From Vulcanimicrobiota bacterium (GTDB taxonomy: Bacteria > Vulcanimicrobiota > Vulcanimicrobiia > Vulcanimicrobiales > Vulcanimicrobiaceae), in NCBI GenBank assembly GCA_963794645.1, contig CAWCEQ010000001.1, positions 281,722 through 345,721 on the forward strand: DNA of 64,000 bases. The letters are read 5' to 3'. Shown piece after piece: positions 18,923 through 28,348 of the stretch. A model generated the notes under the pieces. That model made no database searches. It saw only the letters and a list, made by a program, of their open reading frames with translations, and was not told the DNA's origin. A program made the position numbers and the translations under genes. How positions within the stretch are numbered: the first letter of the stretch is position 1; every line of letters starts with the position of its first letter.

Positions 18923-20458
18923 CTACGTCGGGGCGATGCCGCGATCGGCGAGAATCTCGCCGGCCGCGCGAAAACCAGACTCAGCCCCGCCTTCCATGAA
19001 GCCCTGATATGCCACCGACGTGTGCTCGCCGGCGAAATGAACCCGTCCTTGCGGAATCTTCTCGCGTCCGGCAATGGTCGTGCATTGCCCGACGAGCCAG
19101 CACGAGTAGCTCGCCCGGATGTTCGGATCGGCCTGTGCGTTGCCGAAGGTCGCGCGACCGGTCCACGCCGGCGATACGCCCGGCCAGATGCGATCGAGCT
19201 GCTCGAAGAAGCGGTCCACGTGCCTGCGGACCGCGGGCGAATCGGCGATCGTCGCATACGGTTCCTGCGGCGTATCGAGCATCGCGGGGCTCGAGGCCGT
19301 GAAGACCTCGATGAGCCCGTCCGAACCGGGCTGGCCCAGAGAGAAATCCAGCGCGCTCTGCACGCGCAGGGTCGTCCAGATCTGTCCGGTCGTCGGCTCG
19401 GGCCAGGGGTGGTTCGCCCGCATCCAGGCCCGCTTGTCGAACTGCAGGTGCAGCTTCGTATGAAAGCCGTAGCCGAGATTTTCGATCGCGTTCACTTTCG
19501 CGCTGTCGAAGCCGGCGCCCGAGTACTCCACGGATCGCAGGGTGATGAAGGGAATCGCCAGCACCACCCGATCCGCGCGCACCGTTTCGAGCATTCCGCC
19601 CGCATCGAAGCGCAGCTCGTATCCGCCTTTCGCGGCACGCAGCGAGACGAGCCGGCGGTTGAAGCGAATGCTGCCTGCCGGCAGCGTCGCCGCGATGGCT
19701 TCGGGCAGCGCCTGGCTGCCGGCCGCCAGAATGTAGCGCTGATCCGAATACCCGAGGACGTTCATTCGGCGATCGCTCGCCCACGTGCGCTGCGCTCCGA
19801 GCTGCGCGACGAGATTCACGGCGCTGAGCTCCTCGACTTCGCGACCGTACTCGTTGCGATACGACTCGGCGATCAGGCGCCCGAGCTGCGAGGCCATGCC
19901 GCCGGGCACGTAGCGCTCGATCCAGCCTCGCATGCTCGTCGCATCGAGGCTGCGCGCCGTCGCGTTCGCGGTGGCGTAGGTCGTTTCGGAAGGCAGCGCG
20001 TCGAGCTGCGAGCGCAGGGTCGGATAGATCTTGGCAAAGTCCGCATCGGCCTGCGTCATCGGATAGTAGCGGCCGTCGAGATAGCAGGTGTCGCGCGCGT
20101 GCGGCGGCCGCTGGGAGTACGTGTCGAGCAGCGCGAGGTTGAAACGCTTGGCCAGGCCGTGGATGTTCGCGTGCGTGGAGTCCACCATCGCGCCGCACCA
20201 TTCGGTGTGCTGGCCCTGCGCCCAGTAGCGGCGCTCGGAGTGCATGCGGCCGCCGACGCGTCCGGAGGACTCGTAGATCGTCGTCGCGATGCCGGCGTCG
20301 CGCAGGCGCATGGCGGTCACCAAACCCGCGATGCCCGCGCCGACGACGACGATCCGCTCCGGACTGCGCGCGCCCGCGCGCGCGACGAACCGCGGCACGG
20401 TCGCGGCGGCGGCCGCGGCCGCTCCGAGCCGGACGAACTCACGCCGGCCGATCGGCAC
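18923..20458 (-). CDS. Tat-exported flavin-containing amine oxidase family protein
   Basis: It has the twin-arginine signal GRREFVRLGAAAAAAA and the FAD-binding motif VVVGAGIAGLVTAMRL...ESSGRVGGR. I prefer GTG 20458, just after the upstream stop at 20464. The track start 20638 would overlap the OMP gene by 175 nt. Confidence 0.8.
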   Translation of the reverse strand: MPIGRREFVRLGAAAAAAATVPRFVARAGARSPERIVVVGAGIAGLVTAMRLRDAGIATTIYESSGRVGGRMHSERRYWAQGQHTEWCGAMVDSTHANIHGLAKRFNLALLDTYSQRPPHARDTCYLDGRYYPMTQADADFAKIYPTLRSQLDALPSETTYATANATARSLDATSMRGWIERYVPGGMASQLGRLIAESYRNEYGREVEELSAVNLVAQLGAQRTWASDRRMNVLGYSDQRYILAAGSQALPEAIAATLPAGSIRFNRRLVSLRAAKGGYELRFDAGGMLETVRADRVVLAIPFITLRSVEYSGAGFDSAKVNAIENLGYGFHTKLHLQFDKRAWMRANHPWPEPTTGQIWTTLRVQSALDFSLGQPGSDGLIEVFTASSPAMLDTPQEPYATIADSPAVRRHVDRFFEQLDRIWPGVSPAWTGRATFGNAQADPNIRASYSCWLVGQCTTIAGREKIPQGRVHFAGEHTSVAYQGFMEGGAESGFRAAGEILADRGIAPT

Positions 20459-20463
20459 GCCGG

Positions 20464-23400
20464 TCAGAGCTTGACGCTCGCTTCTGCGAAGAAGCCGAAC
20501 GGCTGCTGCACCGACGATATGCCGACCTCGGTGATGTTGTAGAACGTGCCGTACGGGTAGCGCAGTTGGACCGGCGGATTCTTTACGAAGTTGCCCGCGG
20601 GCGCGAGGATGTTCGAAGGCAGGTTCGAGTAGACGCACGTGACGGAGTTATCCCACGCGTAGCCCCGCTGGAAGCAGTCGTCGTACAGGTTGACCGCCTG
20701 CACCGTGAGCGTGACGCGCGGGGAGACGTCGTAGCTCGCCTGCAGGTTGAGCGTGAGCTGCGCCGGTTGAATGAAGGCGCCGAGGTTATCGAACTTGCCG
20801 CTGTAGGGATCGGGCAGGAATATCGCTCCCGCCGCTCCGCCCGGGCAGCTCTTGCCCGGCGTCAGCGGCGTCGTGCTCGGCTCCACCCGGCAGGACTGCG
20901 GAACGTACCCGGGCCAGACGAGCGGCGACCCGTAGTTCGAACCGTCGGAGTAGTGCAGCGAGGGCGTGACCGCAAAGCGGCCCTTGCGGTAGTTGACGAT
21001 GAGCGAGGCCACGTCGGGCACTTCGTAGCCGTTGGCCGCATTGAAGGGGCTGGGAATCACGTCGTACGGCGTGTACCAGCCGTTCGTATCGAAGAGCGGC
21101 TGCAGCCCTTGGTGGAAGTACGGGTTGGGAATCTTCAGTTTGCCCGCGTCGCGCGCTCCCGATTGGTTGTTGGCCAGCTTGGCGGCCGCGTTTCCGGGGT
21201 AGGCTCCCGCGCCGCAGGCCTGCCAGTTCGGCGAGGCGCTCGTGACGTGCGCGCAAGCCGACGTATACGAGTTGTACAGTTCGATCTGCGTGTTGAGAGA
21301 GTCTATGACGCTCACGCCGTTGATGGGGCTGAAACGAACCTGGTTCTCCGTATGCGTGTAGGAGAGCAGCCCCGAGAAACCGTCGCGGCCGAAGTCGCCG
21401 TACTGCATCGAAAACTCGGCGCCGTAGGAACGCTGCGTGCCGACGTTCAGGCCCGCCAGCGTTCCTTGCACCGGGTTGATCGCCTGGAACTGCAGTTGGT
21501 TGCTGGTGTCGCGGTAGAACGGGGTGATCTTGTAGGAGAGCCGCGTTCCCTTCACGTGCTTTTCGAGCGAGAGATCGAAGTTATCGGACGTGTCGGGATA
21601 GATCGCGTGATCGGGCGTATGGTAGCCGTACGGATAGAACTGCGCGATGAAGGACGCGAGGTTCTGCTGGTACGTGTTGTACTGGTAGTACGAGGAGCCT
21701 TCGGCGCGGGCGTACTTACCGGCCGACCCGCGCACGACCGTGTCCGGGTCTATCGTGTACGTGAACGAGAGGCGAGGCTGGAAAATGTCGGATACGTTCG
21801 TTCCGGCGCCGACGTTGTAGAGGCCGTTGCCGGGATCGGTCATCGGCGAGAGCCCCGGCGCGCAGGAGCCGAAGCTACCATTCCTTCCGTTCCAGGTCCA
21901 TTGCGGAGACGACCCGGGCGCGCCGCAATGCTCGGCGTTGTACGCATCGAACCAGAAAGCTCGAGCCGGGTAGCCGCTCTCGAGATTGTTCGTGGCGTAC
22001 TCGTAACTGTCGAATCGCGCGCCGACGTTGACCACGAGCCGATCGTTCGGCTCCCATAGATCGGTCACGGCTCCCGACGTGAAGTACGGCGTCACGTTAT
22101 CCACCTGCGCGCTCTGGCCGTTCTCGGTCACCATCCAGCGCGCGCCGGCCTTAGCCGCCGGCGATCCCGAGGGCGCGGTGCCCGGCGTCAAGTTGAAGTT
22201 GTAGCGGCCTTCGCCCGGATAGCAGCCCGCCGCCGAGAGACAGCCTCCCTGGCTGCCGGCATCGAAGCAGCTCCACGGCTGGCCGGTGCTGTAGTTGTAG
22301 CACTTGCCGTTGGGCGTGCCGTAACTCGAGAGGATCGTGCCGAGGCCCGTCGGCGCGAGGCTGCTCGTAAACGGATCGGTCGAACTGAAGCCTGCGTTGT
22401 ACGTCTGCAGCCGCTGGGTGTTGTACGAGCTTTCGAGCGTGATCAGGTTCTTTGCCGAAAGCTGGTTGGAATAGATGAGGCCGGCCCCGTAGCCGTGCTC
22501 GAGCACTTCGTAGTCGGCGGGGTCGGAACCGAAGACGAGCTGCGCGCTGTTGGGTCCGTTGATGAACCAATCGGAGTACTGGCCGTACGCCAGAGCCCGA
22601 AGGTACGAGTGCGTATCGAAGTTACGCTGGTACTGCACCTTCTCGATCGAGTACCCGTTGTAGTTACCGTCCCGGTTGGTGGGCGCGACCGGCGAGCCCG
22701 CGGTGCGGTCCGTCGGACTGCTCGGGAAGAGCCCGACCACGAGATCCTTCGGATTGGGCGTCTGCATGAGCGGGCCGCCGTAGTAGAGCGAGTCGAGGTA
22801 CGGCATCGGGTACCCGATCCCGGTCTTCGCGCCGACCGCGGGCGTGTACCAGATGTCGTTCGCCGAACTGTTGAACTGCGCGGCTATGCCGCCGGAAACG
22901 TACAGCAACTGCACGTCGTCGCGCAGCGGCGAATCCCGGTGCGCGATGCCGAAATGGAAATTGACCACGTTTTCCCGATCGAAGTCCATGGCCTGGGCGT
23001 AGCTGTAGCCGGGCTGCGCGATGAAGCCGTAGTTCGGCCCCTTCCCCGAGCCGTCGAGGATGTTGTAGACGTTGTTGTGCGTGGGGACGTACAGCGGATA
23101 GAAGTACAGCGGGTCGCTGACGCCGCCGAATTGGTCGCCGTACCGGAACGCCTGATTCGTACCCGAGAATCCCGCGTAGTACGAGAACATCCGGTCGGGC
23201 GTGGCGCCTCCCGCCTCGACCGTCGCCTGGTGGTAGAACGCCGGTCCGCCGACGCCGAGGTCCGCGCTCGCGTAGCCCGGATACGTGCCGGACTTGATGA
23301 CCTGATTGATGTACCCGGCCAGCCCCGACGAGTTCGACGTCGCAGGCGTGCCGCCGGTATAGACCTGCACTTCCTGATTGCCCAGCGAGGTCAGCGTCGC

Positions 23401-24021
23401 GATCGGCGCGAGGTCCGATTGGCGCGTGGTCGGCAAACCGTCGAACTCGTAGGCGACCTGGTCCACGTCGCCGCCGCGCACGTAGACGCTTTGGTACCAG
23501 CCCTGCTGGTTCGAGGGGATGTTCACGCCGGGCGCACTCGCGATCGCGCCGTACGCCTGCGTGAGCGATCCCGAGCCGGAGAGCGTCGCGGCCGCCTTTT
23601 GGCCCGCGCCGTTGATCGAATAAACGTCGCTGGTCACGCCGGAGTGCACGAGCGACTGCACCGATCTCGAGGTCGTGCGCGCGATCGTACGCAGCGCCGG
23701 CTGCATCGCTAGGGCGACCGTCGCCGATTGATCGGCAAGAATCGTGACGCCGGGCTGCGACTGCGGCTCGTAGCCGGTCTTGGTCGCGCTCACGGTGTAC
23801 GTATCGGGCTGCAGCGAAATGAACGAATACTCGCCGGAGGCGTCCGAGACGCTCTGTGCCGTCTGCGAGGGCGACACGGCCGTCACGACGGCGCCCGCGA
23901 TCGGGGCGTGGGTTCCGGCGTCGGTCACGCGCCCGCGCAGCGTGCCGGTCGTGCCCGCGAGCGCTGCCGCCGGCACCGCGAAGAGGAGCAGGAGAGCGAG
24001 CGCGACGATCCGTTTACCCAA
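20464..24021 (-). CDS. TonB-dependent-receptor-like outer-membrane protein with N-terminal carboxypeptidase-regulatory-like domain
   Basis: This is the real part of the 1477-aa track ORF. TTG 24021 (GAGG upstream) gives MGKRIVALALLLLFAVPAAALA. Next come a CarboxypepD_reg-like domain (GTLRGRVTDAGTHAPIAGAVVTA...GEYSFISLQPDTYTV), a plug-like region and a long Gly/Tyr/Asn-rich beta-barrel. The upstream 292 codons are antisense to gabT. Confidence 0.8.
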   Translation of the reverse strand: MGKRIVALALLLLFAVPAAALAGTTGTLRGRVTDAGTHAPIAGAVVTAVSPSQTAQSVSDASGEYSFISLQPDTYTVSATKTGYEPQSQPGVTILADQSATVALAMQPALRTIARTTSRSVQSLVHSGVTSDVYSINGAGQKAAATLSGSGSLTQAYGAIASAPGVNIPSNQQGWYQSVYVRGGDVDQVAYEFDGLPTTRQSDLAPIATLTSLGNQEVQVYTGGTPATSNSSGLAGYINQVIKSGTYPGYASADLGVGGPAFYHQATVEAGGATPDRMFSYYAGFSGTNQAFRYGDQFGGVSDPLYFYPLYVPTHNNVYNILDGSGKGPNYGFIAQPGYSYAQAMDFDRENVVNFHFGIAHRDSPLRDDVQLLYVSGGIAAQFNSSANDIWYTPAVGAKTGIGYPMPYLDSLYYGGPLMQTPNPKDLVVGLFPSSPTDRTAGSPVAPTNRDGNYNGYSIEKVQYQRNFDTHSYLRALAYGQYSDWFINGPNSAQLVFGSDPADYEVLEHGYGAGLIYSNQLSAKNLITLESSYNTQRLQTYNAGFSSTDPFTSSLAPTGLGTILSSYGTPNGKCYNYSTGQPWSCFDAGSQGGCLSAAGCYPGEGRYNFNLTPGTAPSGSPAAKAGARWMVTENGQSAQVDNVTPYFTSGAVTDLWEPNDRLVVNVGARFDSYEYATNNLESGYPARAFWFDAYNAEHCGAPGSSPQWTWNGRNGSFGSCAPGLSPMTDPGNGLYNVGAGTNVSDIFQPRLSFTYTIDPDTVVRGSAGKYARAEGSSYYQYNTYQQNLASFIAQFYPYGYHTPDHAIYPDTSDNFDLSLEKHVKGTRLSYKITPFYRDTSNQLQFQAINPVQGTLAGLNVGTQRSYGAEFSMQYGDFGRDGFSGLLSYTHTENQVRFSPINGVSVIDSLNTQIELYNSYTSACAHVTSASPNWQACGAGAYPGNAAAKLANNQSGARDAGKLKIPNPYFHQGLQPLFDTNGWYTPYDVIPSPFNAANGYEVPDVASLIVNYRKGRFAVTPSLHYSDGSNYGSPLVWPGYVPQSCRVEPSTTPLTPGKSCPGGAAGAIFLPDPYSGKFDNLGAFIQPAQLTLNLQASYDVSPRVTLTVQAVNLYDDCFQRGYAWDNSVTCVYSNLPSNILAPAGNFVKNPPVQLRYPYGTFYNITEVGISSVQQPFGFFAEASVKL

Positions 24022-24102
24022 AATAGCACCTCGCGGAAGCGGCCAGCCGGCAGTAAAGAAGAGCGCCTTTAAACTTGCCGAATAGGACTTCCTCGCCTCA
24101 CC

Positions 24103-25377
24103 ATGACCGTACGAGAAAAAGATTCGGCTTTCAGCCCCGCAGCCACGCTCGCGCAGCGCCGCCGCGACAGCGTCGCGCGCGGCGTTTCCGTCGTTCATCC
24201 CATCGCGATCGAACGCGCCGCCGGCGCCCTCGCGTGGGACGATTCCGGGCGCCGTTACCTGGATTTCGCCGGCGGCATCGGCACCCTCAACGCCGGGCAC
24301 GCCCACCCGAAGGTCGTCGCGGCGATCGCCGAACAAGCCTCCAAACTCACGCATACGTGCTTCCAGGTAGCCAGCTACGAACCGTACGTGCGCGTCGCCG
24401 AAGAACTCAACCGGCGCGCGCCGGGCCCTTCGCGCAAGAAGACGCTCCTGCTCTCGACCGGCGCGGAAGCGACCGAAAACGCGGTCAAGATCGCACGCGA
24501 GTACACGCGGCGTCCGGCGGTCATCGCGTTCACGCACGCCTATCACGGGCGCACGCTCCTCGCCCTCTCGATGACCGGCAAGAACGCACCGTACAAGCAG
24601 CACTTCGGGCCGTTCTGCAGCGAGATCTACCACGCGCCGTTTCCGTTCGAGCATCACGGCATCACGACGCGCGTCGCGCTGAGCGCACTGGCGGAGCTCT
24701 TCGACGCGTCGGCATCTCCCGATCGCGTCGCGGCGATCATCGTCGAACCGGTCCTCGGCGAAGGCGGCTTCGTGCCCGTGCCGCTCGAGTTCTTCGCCGA
24801 ATTGCGGCGCATCGCGAGCGAGCACGGCATCGTCCTGATCGCCGACGAGATTCAGAGCGGATTCGGCCGCACCGGCCGTCTCTTCGCCTGCGAGCACTAC
24901 GGCATCGAGCCCGATCTCATCACCGTTGCAAAGTCCATGGGCGGCGGACTGCCGCTGGCGGCGGTCGTCGGCAAGGCCGAGATCATGGATGCGCCCGAGC
25001 CGGGCGGGCTGGGCGGAACGTTCGCCGGCAATCCGGTCGCGTGCGCCGCAGCGCTCGCCATCTTCGAGATCATGGACGAAGCGTTCCTAACGCGAGCCCG
25101 CGAGGTCGGCGACCGGATCGCCGCCGGACTGCAGGCGCTGCGAGCGAGTTTCCCCGCCGTCACCGACGTGCGCGGCTTGGGCGCGATGCTCGCGATGGAA
25201 CTCTCCTCCGGCGCCCCCGAAGTCGTCGAACGAGCTCGCGAGCGCGGCTTGCTCCTGATGCTCGCCGGCAAACGCGACGTGATTCGCATCTTGGTGCCGC
25301 TCGTCGTGACCGATGCGGAGTTGGAAGAAGGTTTGGCCATCCTGGCCGACAGCATGCACGACGTCTTTACGAGGTGA
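24103..25377 (+). CDS. gabT: 4-aminobutyrate aminotransferase (class III PLP aminotransferase)
   Basis: It is collinear with GabT from the N-terminus (RRRDSVARGVSVVHPI...YLDFAGGIGTLNAGHAHPKVV), through DEIQSGFGRTG and the PLP-Lys region TVAKSMGGG. Confidence 0.85.
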   Translation: MTVREKDSAFSPAATLAQRRRDSVARGVSVVHPIAIERAAGALAWDDSGRRYLDFAGGIGTLNAGHAHPKVVAAIAEQASKLTHTCFQVASYEPYVRVAEELNRRAPGPSRKKTLLLSTGAEATENAVKIAREYTRRPAVIAFTHAYHGRTLLALSMTGKNAPYKQHFGPFCSEIYHAPFPFEHHGITTRVALSALAELFDASASPDRVAAIIVEPVLGEGGFVPVPLEFFAELRRIASEHGIVLIADEIQSGFGRTGRLFACEHYGIEPDLITVAKSMGGGLPLAAVVGKAEIMDAPEPGGLGGTFAGNPVACAAALAIFEIMDEAFLTRAREVGDRIAAGLQALRASFPAVTDVRGLGAMLAMELSSGAPEVVERARERGLLLMLAGKRDVIRILVPLVVTDAELEEGLAILADSMHDVFTR

Positions 25378-25383
25378 CCGAAA

Positions 25384-26763
25384 ATTACCGGTGATACACA
25401 AGCAAAGGTTTACGAGTATACTCAAGCCGTCCTAGACCTCATCGCAAAGCCGGAGATCACGCCGGCCGACGCGGCGTGGATCACGCGCGAGACGGTCGAG
25501 TCGTTTCGCGACCACATCAATCCCGGCTTCCTCGAGTACCGCAAGGCAACCGACATCGAGGGCGCCGAGGCGGTCGTCGAGTGGTCCGACGCCGGACCGA
25601 ACTCCTACAGCGACGTCTCCGGACGGACGTACTTAGACTGCCTGGGCGGCTTCGGCATATTCAACGTCGGCCACCGCAATCCAAAAGTCGTCAAAGCCGT
25701 CTCGGATCAACTGCGTCGCCAGCCGCTCCACAGCCAGGATCTGCTCGATCCGCTGCGCGCGATGCTCGCCAAGGCGCTCGCGCTGCTCACGCCCGAGGGC
25801 CTGGAGTACAGCTTCTTCTGCAACAGCGGTACCGAGGCGGTCGAAGGCGCCCTCAAACTCGCCCGCGCCTACGATCCCCGCAAACAGACGATCGTGGCGG
25901 CGACCAAAGGCTTTCACGGCAAGAGCTACGGTTCGCTATCGGCCAGCGCGAAAGCGGAGTTCCGCCGCCCGTTCGGGCCGATGCTGCCGAACATCGAGCA
26001 CGTGCCGTTCAACGATCTGCCCGCGTTGCGGGATATGATGACCTCGTGCAAAGCCGTCGGCGAAGACGTCGGCGCGGTGCTGCTCGAGCCGATCCAAGGC
26101 GAAGGCGGCGTCAACATTCCCGACGACGACTACCTGCCGGGCGTGCGCGCGCTCTGCGATGAGTTCGGCTCGCTCTTCATTCTCGACGAAGTGCAGACCG
26201 GCATGGGGCGCACCGGCAAGATGTTCTGCTGCGAGCACTACGGCGTCTCGCCCGACCTCATGTGCCTGGCGAAGGCCTTCGGCGGCGGCGTCGTGCCGGC
26301 GGGAGCGGTGGTCGGGCGGCGCGAGATATTCTCGCGTCTCTTCGACAACCCGTTCCTGCACACGTCCACGTTCGGCGGTAATCCGCTCGCCTGCGCCGCG
26401 GCGCTCGCCACGATCAACGTGCTCATCGAGGACAAACTGCCGGAACGGGCGGCCGTCGTCGGCGCGCGATTGCTCGCCGGCCTGCGCGAAGCGGCGCGCG
26501 GCCACGAAGATTTCGTGGTGGACGTCCGCGGCAAAGGCCTGCTCATCGCGCTGGAGTTTCACGACGACCAGAGCGGCTTCGACTTCGGAAAACGCATGCT
26601 CGAACGCGGCGTTCTCGTTTCGGGCACGCTCGTGAACGCGCGAACGATCCGCGTCGAACCGCCTCTGACGATTACCGACGACGAAGCCGACTACGTCTGC
26701 CGCGCCGCCGCAGAGAGCCTGGCGGCCTGCCACCCCGTACTCACCCGCACCATCGGAGCGTAG
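25384..26763 (+). CDS. patA: Putrescine aminotransferase (PatA/YgjG-like); apparent ATT start
   Basis: It is near-collinear with E. coli PatA as I recall it ([89 protein letters not shown]). The homology begins about 120 codons upstream of the first ATG (25762). There is no in-frame ATG/GTG/TTG after the gabT stop. ATT 25384 lies 6 nt after GAGGTGA. Confidence 0.8.
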   Translation: MTGDTQAKVYEYTQAVLDLIAKPEITPADAAWITRETVESFRDHINPGFLEYRKATDIEGAEAVVEWSDAGPNSYSDVSGRTYLDCLGGFGIFNVGHRNPKVVKAVSDQLRRQPLHSQDLLDPLRAMLAKALALLTPEGLEYSFFCNSGTEAVEGALKLARAYDPRKQTIVAATKGFHGKSYGSLSASAKAEFRRPFGPMLPNIEHVPFNDLPALRDMMTSCKAVGEDVGAVLLEPIQGEGGVNIPDDDYLPGVRALCDEFGSLFILDEVQTGMGRTGKMFCCEHYGVSPDLMCLAKAFGGGVVPAGAVVGRREIFSRLFDNPFLHTSTFGGNPLACAAALATINVLIEDKLPERAAVVGARLLAGLREAARGHEDFVVDVRGKGLLIALEFHDDQSGFDFGKRMLERGVLVSGTLVNARTIRVEPPLTITDDEADYVCRAAAESLAACHPVLTRTIGA

Positions 26764-26767
26764 AACC

Positions 26768-28300
26768 ATGCAAACCTCGATAGACACCTCGGCGCGAGCG
26801 GCCGAGATTCTCCGCAACCTCCCGCGGCGCGACGGCGCCGTGCCGATGTACGTGAACGGAGCGTGGCGCGGCGCCGCAGACGGCGCGACGCGCGAACTCG
26901 TTAATCCGGCCGACGGGCGCGCGATCGTCAACGTCGCCGAAGGAAACGAGGCCGACGCGCAGGCGGCGATCGAAGCCGCGCGCGCGGCCTTCGACGAGGG
27001 CCCGTGGGGCGCGAGCAGCGCCGCCGACCGCGCGGCCCTGCTCTTCCGCGTCGCCGACGCGATAGACGCGCGCCGGGACGAGTTCTCGCAGATGGATACG
27101 CTCAACGGCGGCAAGCCGCTGCGCGAGACCGAGTTCGACGTCGCCGACGCCGCGAATTGCTTCCGCTATTACGCCGGTTTGGCGACGAAGCCGCACGGCC
27201 AGACCTTCGACGTGCCGGCGCCCTCGCAAAGCTTTACCGTGCGCGAGCCGATCGGCGTGTGCGGGCAGATCGTTCCGTGGAACTACCCGCTGCTGATGGC
27301 CGTCTGGAAGATCGCGCCGGCGCTGGCCGCGGGCAACGTCTGCATTCTCAAACCCGCGGAGCTCACGCCGCTCTCGGCGATCCTGCTCGCACGGATCTTT
27401 CACGACCTCGAGCTGCCCGCGGGCGTGCTCAACGTCGTGCTCGGGCCTGGCGCGAGCGTCGGGCACGCGCTCGCGGCGAGCGAAGCGGTGGACAAGATCG
27501 CCTTTACCGGCGGCACGAAGACCGGCCGCAGCATCATGCAAGCCGCGACCTCCAACCTAAAGAAGATATCGCTCGAGTTGGGCGGCAAATCGCCGAACGT
27601 CGTCTTCGCGGATGCCGACTTCGACACCGCGATAGACTACGCGCTCTTCGGCATCTTCGCCAACGCCGGGCAAGTCTGCTCGGCCGGCTCGCGTCTGGTG
27701 GTCGAGCGTTCGCTGCACGATCGCTTCGTGGACCGGCTGGTCGAACGCGCGGAGAAGATCCGAGTCGGAGACGGTTTCGACCCCTCGACCGAGATGGGGC
27801 CGATCGTCTCGCCGCTCCATCGCGAACGCGTGGAAGCCTACATCGCCGCCGGCGTTGCCGAGGGAGCCAGATTGCGCTGCGGCGGCAACCGGCTGGGCGG
27901 TGCGCTCGCGGACGGAAACTTCGTCGCGCCGACGATCTTCGACGACACGACGCCCTCGATGCGTATCGTTCGAGAAGAGATCTTCGGCCCGGTGCTCGTG
28001 GTCCAGACCTTCGAGGACGAAGCCGATGCGATCCGCATCGCGAACGACACGATCTACGGACTCGCAGGCGCGGTCTTCACGCAAGACGTCGCAAAGGCGC
28101 ATCGCGTCATCCGAAAGATGCGGGCGGGCATCACCTGGATCAACACGTTCCATCCCACGTACAACGAAGCGCCGTGGGGCGGCTACAAGCAATCCGGCAT
28201 CGGACGCGAGCTCGGCACCTACGGCTACGACGCGTACACGGAGGTCAAACAGATCAACGTGAATCTCGACGTGGTGCCTTCGGGCTGGTTCTCGGAGTAA
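26768..28300 (+). CDS. NAD(P)-dependent aldehyde dehydrogenase (gamma-aminobutyraldehyde / betaine-aldehyde dehydrogenase-like)
   Basis: It has the catalytic Glu motif LELGGKSP and Cys motif GQVCSAGSR, plus VPWNYPLLMAVWK. The 510-aa length fits the family. It starts 4 nt after patA. Confidence 0.85.
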   Translation: MQTSIDTSARAAEILRNLPRRDGAVPMYVNGAWRGAADGATRELVNPADGRAIVNVAEGNEADAQAAIEAARAAFDEGPWGASSAADRAALLFRVADAIDARRDEFSQMDTLNGGKPLRETEFDVADAANCFRYYAGLATKPHGQTFDVPAPSQSFTVREPIGVCGQIVPWNYPLLMAVWKIAPALAAGNVCILKPAELTPLSAILLARIFHDLELPAGVLNVVLGPGASVGHALAASEAVDKIAFTGGTKTGRSIMQAATSNLKKISLELGGKSPNVVFADADFDTAIDYALFGIFANAGQVCSAGSRLVVERSLHDRFVDRLVERAEKIRVGDGFDPSTEMGPIVSPLHRERVEAYIAAGVAEGARLRCGGNRLGGALADGNFVAPTIFDDTTPSMRIVREEIFGPVLVVQTFEDEADAIRIANDTIYGLAGAVFTQDVAKAHRVIRKMRAGITWINTFHPTYNEAPWGGYKQSGIGRELGTYGYDAYTEVKQINVNLDVVPSGWFSE

Positions 28301-28348
28301 AGCGGCACGTTCGATCTGCAGCCGACGCTGACCGGCGCGCTTCTGCTA

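Noticed and set aside
17998-19257. 419-aa minus ORF in an alternative frame across selB and the amine oxidase. Similar alternative-frame ORFs occur across mmsA (38163..39608, 38399..39718), rimI/yqeK (35219..36409) and the S10 genes (45405..46772, 46705..48165).
   Set aside because: All are Arg/Pro/Ala-rich, lack motifs, and overlap genes with clear family signatures.
24022-24897. N-terminal 292 codons of the 1477-aa minus ORF 20464..24897
   Set aside because: This part is antisense to gabT and has no signal peptide. A proper signal peptide with an SD begins at TTG 24021.
25375-25429. Selenocysteine recoding of the gabT TGA to fuse GabT and PatA
   Set aside because: The region is AT-rich and intergenic-like, with an SD and an ATT at ideal spacing. 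The only downstream hairpin has a UAUA loop and no SECIS-like G/U features. I keep it only as a low-probability alternative.
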